This document shows positions 35,834 to 47,360 of a stretch of 64,000 bases of DNA, one piece after another. The DNA comes from Mytilus edulis. Its lineage: Eukaryota. The translations under genes and the position numbers were made by a program. The notes beneath the pieces were generated by a model. It had not been told where the DNA came from. It worked only from the letters and a program-made list of their open reading frames with translations, and made no database searches. Each line of letters opens with the position of its first letter. The first letter of the stretch is position 1. The stretch is from positions 74,710,001 through 74,774,000 of the forward strand of contig NC_092346.1 in the NCBI RefSeq assembly GCF_963676685.1. The letters run 5' to 3'.

Positions 35834-37018
35834 ATGACTGAACTAAACATTGGTCATCATTGCTTTCTGTTGCAAAACGAGTCGGACAGATTTACTACTG
35901 AATTATTGTTTCTCAAGCAACATGTGCCATCGTGTATCTTCCTTGCGATATGTTTTGTGATTGGTGTAACTGGGAATGCATTTGTACTCTATATATTCTA
36001 CAAACAATTTAAGCAATCAAATTACAGAGTATATGTGCTATTCCTTTCTGGTATAGACATAGTTTTCTGTTTTACAGTGATACCGTTTTATGTTTTCAAT
36101 ATGATTTACTATTGGAACTTTAATATTGAGGAACTTTGGCGTAAGTCACTGAATATCGTCTGCAAGTTGGGATGCTTTATGACGATATTTTTGTCATTGG
36201 CATCGTTAATTATTTTGGTGATCATCGCTGTAGACAGATATATCGTTGTTCGGAAACCTTCGCAGAAAAAGATAGGAGAAGTTCACGCATTGAAAAGCTG
36301 CATTATCGCTTTGCTACTTTCGGGGACATTATCTTGGTACAGCTTCTTAATATATGGAGTAAAGGAACGATGGGACAGCGATATTCAAATTGTAATACAA
36401 AATGTATCACAGTGTACATCTGTTCACAAACTATCATATATTAACAACTACATACTTTTAGCGTGCTCATTATTGCAAGCATCGTTTTTCTCTTTGGCAT
36501 ACGGTGGTATATGGTCAAAAATTAAAATCCATGCCCAGAGGTCGTCGATTGGTTTCAGCAAACGTCGAAGGACAATCATGATATATATAGCTATTACAGC
36601 AGTCTTCTCCATTTCTACTATAATCTCTTTGAGCCTACGTATCGTTACAGAGACCGTTAATAAATATCTGAATTGTCAAAGTGGATATATAGAAGAGTCT
36701 GCTTTTATGTTGTTTTCTCTTTCACACTGTATAAATCATGTCTGTAATCCTATAATATATTACTGGCGTGACATGAGATTCAGGAACGGAGTTAAAAGAA
36801 CGTTATGTTGTTGGTCCGAAGTTTTAAAAATGTCATCGAGACGGTCGGACACTAATTCTATCAAAAGTATAACATCTAAAACAGTAGGCAATAATTCGAT
36901 AAGAAGATGTGCTTATAGTGCTGATTCCATGACAAAGGCTAGCATCGGTGAAGAATCTTCGACGAAAAAGGAAACATTTCATGCTGAATTGTCGAATGAA
37001 GAAAATTTCACTGAATGA
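35834..37018 (+). CDS. Class A GPCR, intronless, more divergent relative
   Basis: 394 aa; GVTGN, LSGID, CKLG...AVDRY, NPIIY, DMRFR; short ICL3; long Ser-rich C-terminal tail. Confidence 0.92.
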   Translation: MTELNIGHHCFLLQNESDRFTTELLFLKQHVPSCIFLAICFVIGVTGNAFVLYIFYKQFKQSNYRVYVLFLSGIDIVFCFTVIPFYVFNMIYYWNFNIEELWRKSLNIVCKLGCFMTIFLSLASLIILVIIAVDRYIVVRKPSQKKIGEVHALKSCIIALLLSGTLSWYSFLIYGVKERWDSDIQIVIQNVSQCTSVHKLSYINNYILLACSLLQASFFSLAYGGIWSKIKIHAQRSSIGFSKRRRTIMIYIAITAVFSISTIISLSLRIVTETVNKYLNCQSGYIEESAFMLFSLSHCINHVCNPIIYYWRDMRFRNGVKRTLCCWSEVLKMSSRRSDTNSIKSITSKTVGNNSIRRCAYSADSMTKASIGEESSTKKETFHAELSNEENFTE

Positions 37019-38544
37019 TAAACATTGTAAATGCTTAGCTAGGACATTATTATAATCTTTATATATTTGTGACAATTTTTCTTTTTTTTAATTCAAAAGA
37101 AAACTATTTGCTTTCCAGGTATTAACACTTATGTGACTACACCGTGTAAAAAAAATTTGGCATTGCACAAGGGCAACGTTTTATCAGTACATGTTTATTA
37201 ATTCTTTAATTAAACTTGATGGAGGTGTACTGATTGATATTTGTTTATAGTTTGCAGTAACAAGTTTATTAGTTGAAATTAGGAATTGAAATAGCTTGGA
37301 ATAACTGCAAACTCGAGTACTCTTAGAACAGTACTTTTTGTCTTTAGTTTTTGTGTTTATTGGAGATCTAATGAACTTACTCTATTTCATCTGACCTGTA
37401 TAGTTCGTTGTTGTTGAGTGTTTTAGCACCACTGTCCCTTGCTAATCTCTCATAACCATATGAATCCCCGGCACATTCTTTGTTTGTCTTCTCAAAATCA
37501 GAAACTCGTCTAGCAGTATTTTTGTTGGTTGCAATATATTTTTGTCATTAGTGTAGTATAAATCAGACCGTTTGTTTCTCTCTTGAAATGTTTTACATTG
37601 TGCCATACTGGTGTTGTCATAAAAGTGTCTTTTTCAGAGGCAGAACAAATGACGAGAGAACAATGGAATAGTCAAGTTCATATGAAAAAGTCGACACAAT
37701 CAATAGTAAATCAAAGCCGATGAGGATTATGATTATTTTTAAACAACACTTGTATACATTACAAAAATGTGTTAAATTGTGTCATTAGAAATATACATGT
37801 AAACACACGATTTGTATGTTCATTATCAAACAAGATGATTGCACAAGAAGCTTGTGAAAATGAAATTCAAAAATTTTGACCTTTGCTACAAATTGTTAAC
37901 AAAGTTTGAAAACTATATACGTACAAAGGCTTAAGAACTTTCACGTCATAATTTGTTGAGAATACCACATAGTCCTAAGCATGTTACAATCTATTTCATC
38001 TATTTTTCACATCAACGTTTACGAGTACACCATCCAGATCCTCTTGTCAAGTGGACTTTGAATGTAGAAATTTTTTCTTTTCGTGAATAAAACAATTCAA
38101 AGTTGTATCTTTTGCACATTTTCATGTAGCCTTCTTGACATATTTGCATGCAATAGTCATATTACAACAATGTCCGTCTGAATTAGCTGAATAACTTTAA
38201 ATTTCAAAAGTTTTTATTTGCTGTAGATAAATCGAAAGTTTGGGTACTTTGTTCCTGCATGCATACATATACGGACAATTTGCATAGTCTAGAGAGGTAT
38301 ACAGCCAACAGTGAGTTGAAGTTGGTCCTCCAGAAATTTATTTGCAAAGCTTAATTTTAAACCAGTTTCACACACATCACCCATAGCTTACTACGAATCA
38401 CCATGGCAACAAACCATAATAAAATATTTTGAAACTCTGCATCTTTATTTGCTTCCATGAAATGGTACATATCATGATGTTATTGTATCGTCATAACATC
38501 AACAATGTTATGTGATTTATTTATATTTCTCAGTGATGTTATTC

Positions 38545-39032
38545 ATGCTCTTCGACTTTGTACTTGTTTGACTTTATAACTATTTTGATCTGAGCGTCGC
38601 TCATGAGTCTTATGTAGACGAAACGCACATCTGGCGTACTAAATTATAATCCTGGTACCCTTGATATCTATTTACACCACTAGGTCGATGTCACTGCTGG
38701 TAGACGTTTCGTCCCCCGAGGGTATCAATAGCCAAGCAGTCTGCACTTCAGTGTTGACATTAAAATCAATTTTATGGTCATTTTTATAAATTTCCTGTTT
38801 ACAAAACTTTGAACTTACCGAAAAACTTAGGATTTTCTTATCCCAGGCATAGATTACCATCGCCGTATTTGGCACAACTTTCGGTATTTGTTTTTGTTCT
38901 CTATCTATACTCTTCAATTTTGTACTTGTTTGGCTTTATAACTTTTTTGATCTGAGCGTCACTGATGAGTCTTATGTAGACAAAACGCGCGTCTTGCGTA
39001 CTAAATTATAATCCTGGTACCTTTGATAACTA
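38545..39032 (+). mobile_element. Retrozyme copy (about 1.3 monomers, two mutated hammerheads)
   Basis: Same family as 14045-15067; hammerheads at 38594-38637 (CTCATGA core mutation) and 38956-38999 (GAAA changed to AAAA). Confidence 0.85.
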
Positions 39033-39319
39033 ATTATGCATTTCCAAACATTATGTGCAAATTTGAAAAAGCTCTCAAAAACTTTGTTTTCTTTGATCAA
39101 AACTGGGCCTAAATGCCTTAAGTCCTTTAAAGGGGCACTAAAACAATAATTTGACTAAAATTCTCATATCCGATTTATAACCTACTAAAACGTATATTTG
39201 AATTGCAATAAGTCAGAAATAAACAGTTACCACTGCATGTACTCGTTAATATTTATCAGTATTTCGTGTATAATTTAGTTGCTGCTTAGTTATATACAAA
39301 AATTTGGGGGGGGGGGTCA

Positions 39320-40485
39320 AATTTTACACTGAAGTAAGGAATGATTGCTTTATTTAGCAGAAAAAGTCAATCCCTTTTGGCATGATATCCTGGTAAAAAA
39401 AGTTAAATGTTGAAAACAATACTGATATTCTGGACCAGTCAATATAGCTAAACCCAAACATCCAAATGGATGGCAAGATAATTTTAAAGGTGACATATAT
39501 TAAAAATTGTATAATTTTTATTAATGATCTTGTGTCAGATAATAATACATTATTCTCATTTTAAAAATAATAAAAAAAAAGTATAATATCAATACTAATT
39601 TTATGGAGTATTATGGTATTTTAAGTGCTATTCCAAAATAGACGGAAAAGTATGATAGAAGGTAGATGTAAACTTGACTTAACTAAATAGATTAGAAGAT
39701 AAAGTTAAAATAGAATCAAAATCTTGTAAATTTTTCTATGAATTATTTCTGGAGGATAACAAAGTATTATCCTTATCTTCCTGTTATAAATGGAAAATAG
39801 ATTTAAATATGCAGATTGAAGATTGGAGTGTTATATATTCCATGCCATTCATTATAACCAGAAAATTGTTTTTACAAAATTTTCAATTTAAGATTGTCCA
39901 TAAGATTCTACCATGTAATTCTTTTTTATTGAAATGTAAACTAAAAGAAACTGAACTATGTTCATTTTGTTCAGAAATTAGAGAAAATATTTTTTCATAT
40001 TTTTTGGGAATGTAATGTAACACAAAACTTCTGGATATCCATTATAGATTGGATTAGAAATTATGACATCATCTTTTCTTTCAGTGCAAAGATGTTAATT
40101 TTAGGTGTGTCTAGGGATTTTGTCAGCTGTAAAATAGTTAATGATATCTTGTTGATATCTAAATACTATATATATAAATGTAGATGTAAGTGCATATTGC
40201 CCACAAAACATGGTGGGATTGAATATTCAAAATATTGGATTAATATAGAAAAATACTCTGTATGTTTCTTAACCCCTGCACAAACAATACAAATGGATCA
40301 GAAGCGGCAATTGATAGAAGCAGCATTTAATTAACAAAATCAATTGTAATATGTATATCTTATTATACCATTAGGGTGTGATCGATCTTACAAGTGTTAC
40401 TTAACTCTTTACACTTTGTGTCTAATACTGTATTATGTTATTTCACATATTTCATCTTAAAAAATAAAACAATTACAAAAAAAAC
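39320..40485 (+). mobile_element. Decayed L1/Tx1-like LINE 3' end with zf-RVT domain and A-rich tail, nested in a MITE remnant
   Basis: LQNFQFKIVHKILPCNSFLLKCKLKETELCSFCSEIREN..HIFWEC (frameshifted), ILLISKYYIYKCR; AATAAA and A-run at 40460-40484. Confidence 0.8.
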
Positions 40486-41723
40486 TTTCGAGATGACCAC
40501 CGGAGACTGCCGATGGTTTAATATATGACCCGATATAAACATAAACATAATGTAAGTACATATCAACCTCGTTCAGTTGGATTTTTCTAGGTCTGTTTGA
40601 TTTCATGTAATAGGTTGAATAAAAAGTTTACTATCGTTTATACCTGAATAAGACTGTTTGTTTGTGGATCGAATCAGTCAACGAAATGGTTCCCATTCGT
40701 TTCACTTCATTCTTTTCCTATTAATGACTGACCACGATTTATGTATGTGTAAATAGTTATCAGAGGTACCAATCTTAAGATATTTGGTTAAACTGAAGGT
40801 CACTTGCATACGGATTCAATGAGGTAGAATTCTATCCTTGCAAATTAATTCTTTGCTGATTTTGACAAAATTGAACCAAGTTGGTTGCTAAAGACGAATT
40901 TTTTTTCTCATTATTTCACTTTATTAGTGATTGAACTTAACAAAATCATATTCTTTTTTTTTCTAAATTATTCAAAAACGACGTTTTTGGTGACACCAAT
41001 AGAACATTTTGAAAGAAGGTATTCACATATAAACAACATTGGAGTGATATTGCACAATCGCTGCTTCGACCAGATGTGCTTCTGTTTTTAATATAAAAAT
41101 GATGAAAGTATATTCTAGTAGATATTCGTATGTTATTTCTGCTTTGAAATTTAATAATTGCATTATTATTTACCACTCAGAACATTCTTTTTAGAGATGT
41201 TAACACAATTTGAATAAATGTTTTATTATTACTAATGTATTTCGAGTGGTTTCATGACGGTTTTTTTTTAATTGTTTATTGTTGGTTACTTTATTGTTAT
41301 TTTTTTTGTAACATGCGTATCAATTCTGACCTGTAACCTTATTCTAGCTACTTTTCTTAGTATATAAGTACTGGTTCAAATACGCACTTCTAACTGTGCA
41401 AATAGATCCTTGCTACAGTTCGGTAAAACTTGTTTTGAAAAGTGTTAGCACTTGACGAGACACGTTTTAGATATACATGTAAGTATACTGGTTCAGGAAT
41501 TGGACCCTTTAGACAGTCACTTCACCGGATCTGGTTTCATATATCAATAATCCATTTGTAAGTTATAAGTAGATACATTTCGTAAGTAAATTCCGGATAT
41601 TACAAATCTTAACACGTACTTCATATTGTAATATATAATTTGTAAGTAGTCCGGAAGTACTGAAAAATGTCTTCAGGTTAAACGAAAGAAACAATTATCG
41701 TGATTTACAGCGCACAAGGAGCA

Positions 41724-42980
41724 ATGGAATTTGATAACACGTCATCACGTCTCGCCGAACTTAACCATGCCGATACGTTGCGACATATACCGATAGCCGT
41801 GTATCTTGGCTTAGTGGGAGTCACGGGATGTATTGGAAATTTAATAGTGTGTTATATCTATGGATCAGTCTATACCCAATCAAATTCCAGAATTTTCCTT
41901 CTTTGTCTAGCTGTAATAGACTTGTGCACTTGCGTCATAGATATCCCTTTGGAAATTATTACTGTACTTAACCAATATAATTTCCAAGAGTCGTTGCTAT
42001 GCAAATTTTCAAGAACAGGAAATTCATTTACCACTCTTTATGGTAGTGGAGTATTGCTTGCAATTGGAGTCGACAGATATTTGAAAATATGTCGACCGAC
42101 AGGATTTCAGATTTCGAACAGGACTGCCAAATTACTCTGTATTGTCTTGTTTTTTGGCACAGCTGTTCTTGTTTGGCCTGCATTTGTTATGTACGGTTTG
42201 AGAACCACCGTTATACAGGGTGAAGGACTGAATGGAACGGAGTGTTCGATATCAGATTTCTATCAAAATTCCGTTTATCCAACAGTTTTTCAGTTTTTAA
42301 TTTTTACTTTGTTCGCTGCGGCGTTATGCATTATGATTGTTATGTATACTCTGATAGGGAGAAAAGTAAGATTCTTTGCTTTTAAACATGAACGACGACG
42401 TAGTCAGTCTAATACATTGGATAGCGACGATAACTTAGACGATGTTCCTAATCTTAAGAGATTACAGCGAGTAGAGAATTCTAACGCTGCAGAAAAGAAC
42501 GAGTATGTTAACATGTCACAAAGTAACGGTAAAGACACCGTGTTCAAGGACAGTTGTAGCAATGTTAACACGGATACTTTGAAATCCCTGGATTCACATA
42601 CCACTGAAATCGGGACAATTGAGAGAAAGAAACGATTTGTACACCAACCATCTACTACCCAACTGGATCAGATAAAACGCAGAAGAAAGCTAGCACGTAA
42701 TACAACATATCTGATGTTCATTGTAACGTTTTCATTTATTATTGCAGGTCTGCCTCATTTAATTCTTATAATTCTGAACAGAATCATTGACAACTTCGTG
42801 TTAAATATGAATGCAGGTGGTAAGGTCGTTTATAGGTTTTTCTTGCGATCATATTTCCTCGGTGCAACTGCAAACCCAATTATATATAGTATATTTGATA
42901 GGAGATTTAGAAACGCGTGCAGAAGTGTAGCTAGGAAATTGAAATCAAAAGTGTGCAGAAGAGAGGAGCATGATGTATAA
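41724..42980 (+). CDS. Class A GPCR, intronless coding region (copy B, paralogue of 30281-31531)
   Basis: Colinear with copy A over its whole length (MEFDNT.SRL.ELNHA, GVDRYLKICRP, QLDQIKRRR.LARNTTYLMFIVT, NPIIYSIFDRRFR). First ATG is 41724 (the track start 41700 is GTG), preceded by acceptor-like TTTACAG 41704-41710. Confidence 0.93.
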   Translation: MEFDNTSSRLAELNHADTLRHIPIAVYLGLVGVTGCIGNLIVCYIYGSVYTQSNSRIFLLCLAVIDLCTCVIDIPLEIITVLNQYNFQESLLCKFSRTGNSFTTLYGSGVLLAIGVDRYLKICRPTGFQISNRTAKLLCIVLFFGTAVLVWPAFVMYGLRTTVIQGEGLNGTECSISDFYQNSVYPTVFQFLIFTLFAAALCIMIVMYTLIGRKVRFFAFKHERRRSQSNTLDSDDNLDDVPNLKRLQRVENSNAAEKNEYVNMSQSNGKDTVFKDSCSNVNTDTLKSLDSHTTEIGTIERKKRFVHQPSTTQLDQIKRRRKLARNTTYLMFIVTFSFIIAGLPHLILIILNRIIDNFVLNMNAGGKVVYRFFLRSYFLGATANPIIYSIFDRRFRNACRSVARKLKSKVCRREEHDV

Positions 42981-45450
42981 TGAACATATTTAATTTTCGA
43001 ACTGCTCGTTGTTCATGATTTGCTCTTTATCTATTGTACATTTAACATGCATTTAATACTTAGTCTAATGAAATAACTAGCCTATACATTGCTAAGATAA
43101 AAAAAAATCTATACCTTTTATGACGTTTCCTTGTGATATCTTTGTAAGTATGAAAACCTGATTCCAGGAAAAATTCTTTGAAGAGGTGTCAAATATGATT
43201 GTCCTACTTTGTGTCTGTATGTGCATCAATGAAATCAACATTTTTTAGAATAATAAATTCATCATTGATACCAGGCTCAAGATTATGTACGCCAGACGCA
43301 CAGATTCATTAATAACACTCATTAATTACGCTCGAATAAGAAAAAATCATTGATCATTCCGTAAGGTTTTAACATATTTAGCTAATTTGAATGAGTTTAC
43401 TTTTTGCCAATTTCAGAGGCCAAAAAATGGCGCGTATCAAACCTACTCTTGGTTTGGTTGTATTCAAATAGGTACGACTTTATGAATATAAAAAATATTA
43501 GCAAAAATTTAAGTACCATACTATTTCCAACAACCATTTTCGCAATTAGAATTCAATTCACAAATTTCGTGCTTTCGCACCGCTTTTCTGTATTTTCTTA
43601 TAACCATATCATATGCACGCTATTGATTTAAAAGGACGTCGAAACATAAGGAACTATATGACCGAAATAGACATGAAAAGAATAATAAAATGCATTTTAG
43701 GTCAACTTTGTCAAAATAATTTCTGAATATGAAAACGGGACATTTAAGAAATGTACGTTTGAATCATGCAATTACGGAATACTGAGTTGAGGATTCCCTT
43801 GAAAAGAGACTAACGGTCCACCAGCAACGATATCGACAATATGCTAGTAAATGAAAATAACATTAAATAAACCAGAGTGTCTGGCGCGCTTTTCTGGATT
43901 TACCTACACCAGGAACACTCAATTCTTAACATTTGAAAGTAAAGAATAGCGTCGAAATGTGAGGAGCTGTATGACCAAAAGTAACTTAAAAAAAGAATGA
44001 CACATTGTTTCTTAAAGGGGCTACAAGATATATAAAAAATCTTAAGTATGATTTTTTTTGTTCAATCATTAATGAAAGTGAAATAATATATCGCTTTTAG
44101 CAGCCAGTATGGTTCAATTTTGTCAGAATAAGCTAAGAAGCATTGATGATGAATTATTCACTTGCAAGTGAATAATTCGACCTCATTGAATCCGAATTCA
44201 TGTGAATTTCTTATTTAACCTCTTAGCTAGAGATGGATTATGCATGATTGGTGTGTGTTAGCTAGGCTATTAAAAGAATAGAATGTCAACTTTGAAAGTA
44301 AAACAAAGGTAAATCATTTGATTGACTGGGTCGATCCACAAAAAATCATTCTTATACAGGTTAAAACGATTATTTACACATCTTTTTAATCTTTGAAATA
44401 TGAAATTAAACAGACTTATAAAAATCCAAACGCACGAGTCTGATATGAATTTATCAACGGTGAATTTTGAATATATATATTATCATGTTGTCATGAGCTA
44501 ATTATACAGTTGATAAAACAATCCACAACTGCATGATTCCATTTATAGATCATATTTGGTAGAAAATCATTAAAAAATATTTGTTGCACTCTTTTCCATT
44601 ATACCAGGAACATATATATACTGTTCCCAGATTATACCAACTTAAATAAAGGTAACAGTAGTCATGATACCGCTGTTAAAAAGTCATAAATCTATTGCGG
44701 GACAACAAATCAGGGAAACACATCAATTATAAGAAGCGAAGCAACAGAAACACTACAGTGTAACAAAAAACAAACGACAATGCAACATACATAGAAACGA
44801 ACTATTAGATAACAACTGCCATATTTCTGACTTGGTACAGGACATTTTAAGAAAAAATGGTGTTAAAATTGATTCACAATTTCATTAAGGTTTAATTGCT
44901 TTGAGTTATAATTGGGCAAGTCATAAATTTAAGTTGAGATGGTTCTGGATATTATAGATTATATTTTGAATTTGAGTTCTTCTTTTTAACGATTTTTAAT
45001 TGCAGTTATTGCTTGCGGACCTGATATGTTTATTTTACAATTGTGAGAAATTTCTGGTCCTCCTTATCATTATTTCGTCTACATAAATCTCATTTCATAA
45101 TTAAGTTTTGTTTTTTTTATATTTTTGTTATACCTTTACTCTTAAAACAGTGATATTAGAAATTGTGTTAAAAATTTTTGTTGCAGTTTATTATTTTTGG
45201 TGGTCTCAATTACAAAAATCGCGTTTTCTTCAGTAATAGGTGCTTTAGTTAATTTGTATTTTGACAAATTGTTATTGTCATTGCTTCACTGATTACGCTT
45301 GAGACAAATTTTCATATTAACTCTTTTGCAAAAAAATGATTATATTTTTGTTATACGTGTAGTGCTATCTCTCATTACTGAAATCAAGTGTATTGTTTAA
45401 TGTCATGATATAATCAAGTTATGATTAAGATTTTCCCTTATGATGGAAGA

Positions 45451-45625
45451 AATAGTTATCAAAAGTACCAGGATTATAATTTTATAGGCCAGACGCGCGT
45501 TTCGTCTACATAAGACTCATCAGTGACGCTCAAATCAAAATAGTTAAAAAGCCAAACAAATACAAAGTTGAAGAGCATTGAGGACCCGAAATTCCAAAAC
45601 ATTGTGCCAAATACGGCCAAGGTAA
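45451..45625 (-). ncRNA. Partial retrozyme monomer with intact type I hammerhead core (45487-45529)
   Basis: Reverse complement GCGTCA CTGATGA GTC TTATGTA GAC GAAA CGCGCG TC TGGC. Confidence 0.82.
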
Positions 45626-46312
45626 GAAAGACTGTATAACTCCATCTGATGGAATCTACAATCCTGAACAAATCTTTTAATATTCCAGTATGTTGGTTGG
45701 TCTTGGATTTATTAAGAGTTCCAACAATATCTTATAACAATATTTCACATAAAAGTTTATCATACTATTTCCCAATATTTTATTTTCAAATTCAAATTCC
45801 TAGCAGGTAAATCTGCTAGATAAAACCGATTTGTTAACCAATGCATTGAAAAAAATAAAGCCACATTTCATTCATTGATCTCTGATGAATAATTCTTTAA
45901 ATTCCCCTTTCTCAAAATCCCATTAAAAGATTTTTGAGCACTTGAAGTTGTATCGTGTGATCTGTAATACTTTGTCTAGTTCCATCTACTAATATACTAT
46001 ATGTTATTAGATTTATCTCATGCTGGTTGATCGAGAAGATAGTGACAATGGAGGGAAATGTTATGATCTGCCAATCTTTCTGGATTAGATTTTGTTCAAA
46101 CATGGTCATTATATTTATTGGCAACATGTCTTATTTGTTTAATCTAACTTAATCAGATGATCAAGAATTAGATTTCCTATACCTATCATATCCATAACTT
46201 CCTATTTTGACTCTTACTTTTTCACTTTTCTGATTGCACCCCAACTTATTTTATTAAGGTTTCTATACAGAGGCAATCTAGTTGGCAGATTCATGTGCAT
46301 ATTGGTCAATAT

Positions 46313-46496
46313 ATAGTTATCAAAGGTACCAGGATTATAATTTAGTACGTCAGACGCGGTTTCGTCTGCATAAGACTCATCAGTGACGCTCATATCAAAA
46401 TATTTATAAAGCCAAACAAGTACAAAGTTGAAGAGCATTGATGATCCGAAATTCCCAAAAGTTGTGCCAAATACGGCTAAGGTAATCTATGCCTGG
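46313..46496 (-). ncRNA. Partial retrozyme monomer with intact type I hammerhead core (46347-46389)
   Basis: Reverse complement GCGTCA CTGATGA GTC TTATGCA GAC GAAA CCGCG TC TGACGT. Confidence 0.82.
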
Positions 46497-46567
46497 AACT
46501 GTTTACTTGAAAGGGTTTCATTGATGTAGATAGCGAAGTTTATAACTGCAAGCCATTGAATTCTAAT

Positions 46568-47360
46568 ACAAGAGGCTGTCACAACGACAGCAAACCGGAT
46601 TTATTAACATTTATTTGTGTCCTGGCAATATCACAAGAACCATAACTAATGAATGTGAAAGTGAAAATCGTCAATATCAAATTTGACCTCCATTTTGTAG
46701 TCAGTATCAACATATTAAAATTTGAAAAGCTTAGATTGAATGGTTCATTAGTAAATGCAACAACGTGAATGGAAACACCATTTTACGATCTTTCAAGAAC
46801 CATAACTCCTGAACGGTAAAAGTCAAAATCGTCATTATTGAACTTGACCTCTATTTTGTCATCAGTAACAACATATAAAAATTTCAAAAGCTTTGGTTGA
46901 ATAGTTTATGAGAAAATGCACGGACACGACTGGAAACACCATTTTTTAATCTTTCAAGAACCATAACTCCTGAACGGTAAAAGTCAAAATCGTCATTATT
47001 GAACTTGACCTCCATTTTGTCATCAGTAACAATATATTAAAATTTGGGAAGCTTTGGTAGAACAGTTCATGCATAAATGCACGGACACGACTGGAAACTC
47101 CATTTTTCAATCTTTCAAGAACCATAACTCCTGAACGGTAAAAGTCAAAATCGCCATTATTGAACTTGACCTTCATTTAGTTGTCAGTAACAACATATTA
47201 AAATTTTAAAAGCTTTGGTTGAACGGTTCATGAGTTAATGCATGGACAACATTGATTGCCGAGTGCCCACCCTCCCGGCCGCCCGCCCGACCTCCCGGCC
47301 GCCTGCCGAACATCCCCAAATCAATAACCGACATTTTTGTCACAAAAATCCGGTTAAAAA
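46568..47360 (-). mobile_element. Helentron/HINE-like element carrying a tandem array of about 160-bp units
   Basis: Subterminal IR AACCGGATTT (about 46593) / AAATCCGGTT (about 47346); about 4 units containing CAAGAACCATAACTCCTGAACGGTAAAAGTC; (CCCG)n-like microsatellite near 47260-47310. Confidence 0.75.

Noticed and set aside
36172-37075. Overlapping or antisense ORFs on GPCR and exon sequences (36172, 36833, 42404, 12625, 57131)
   Set aside because: Shadow frames of real coding sequence with no recognisable motifs.
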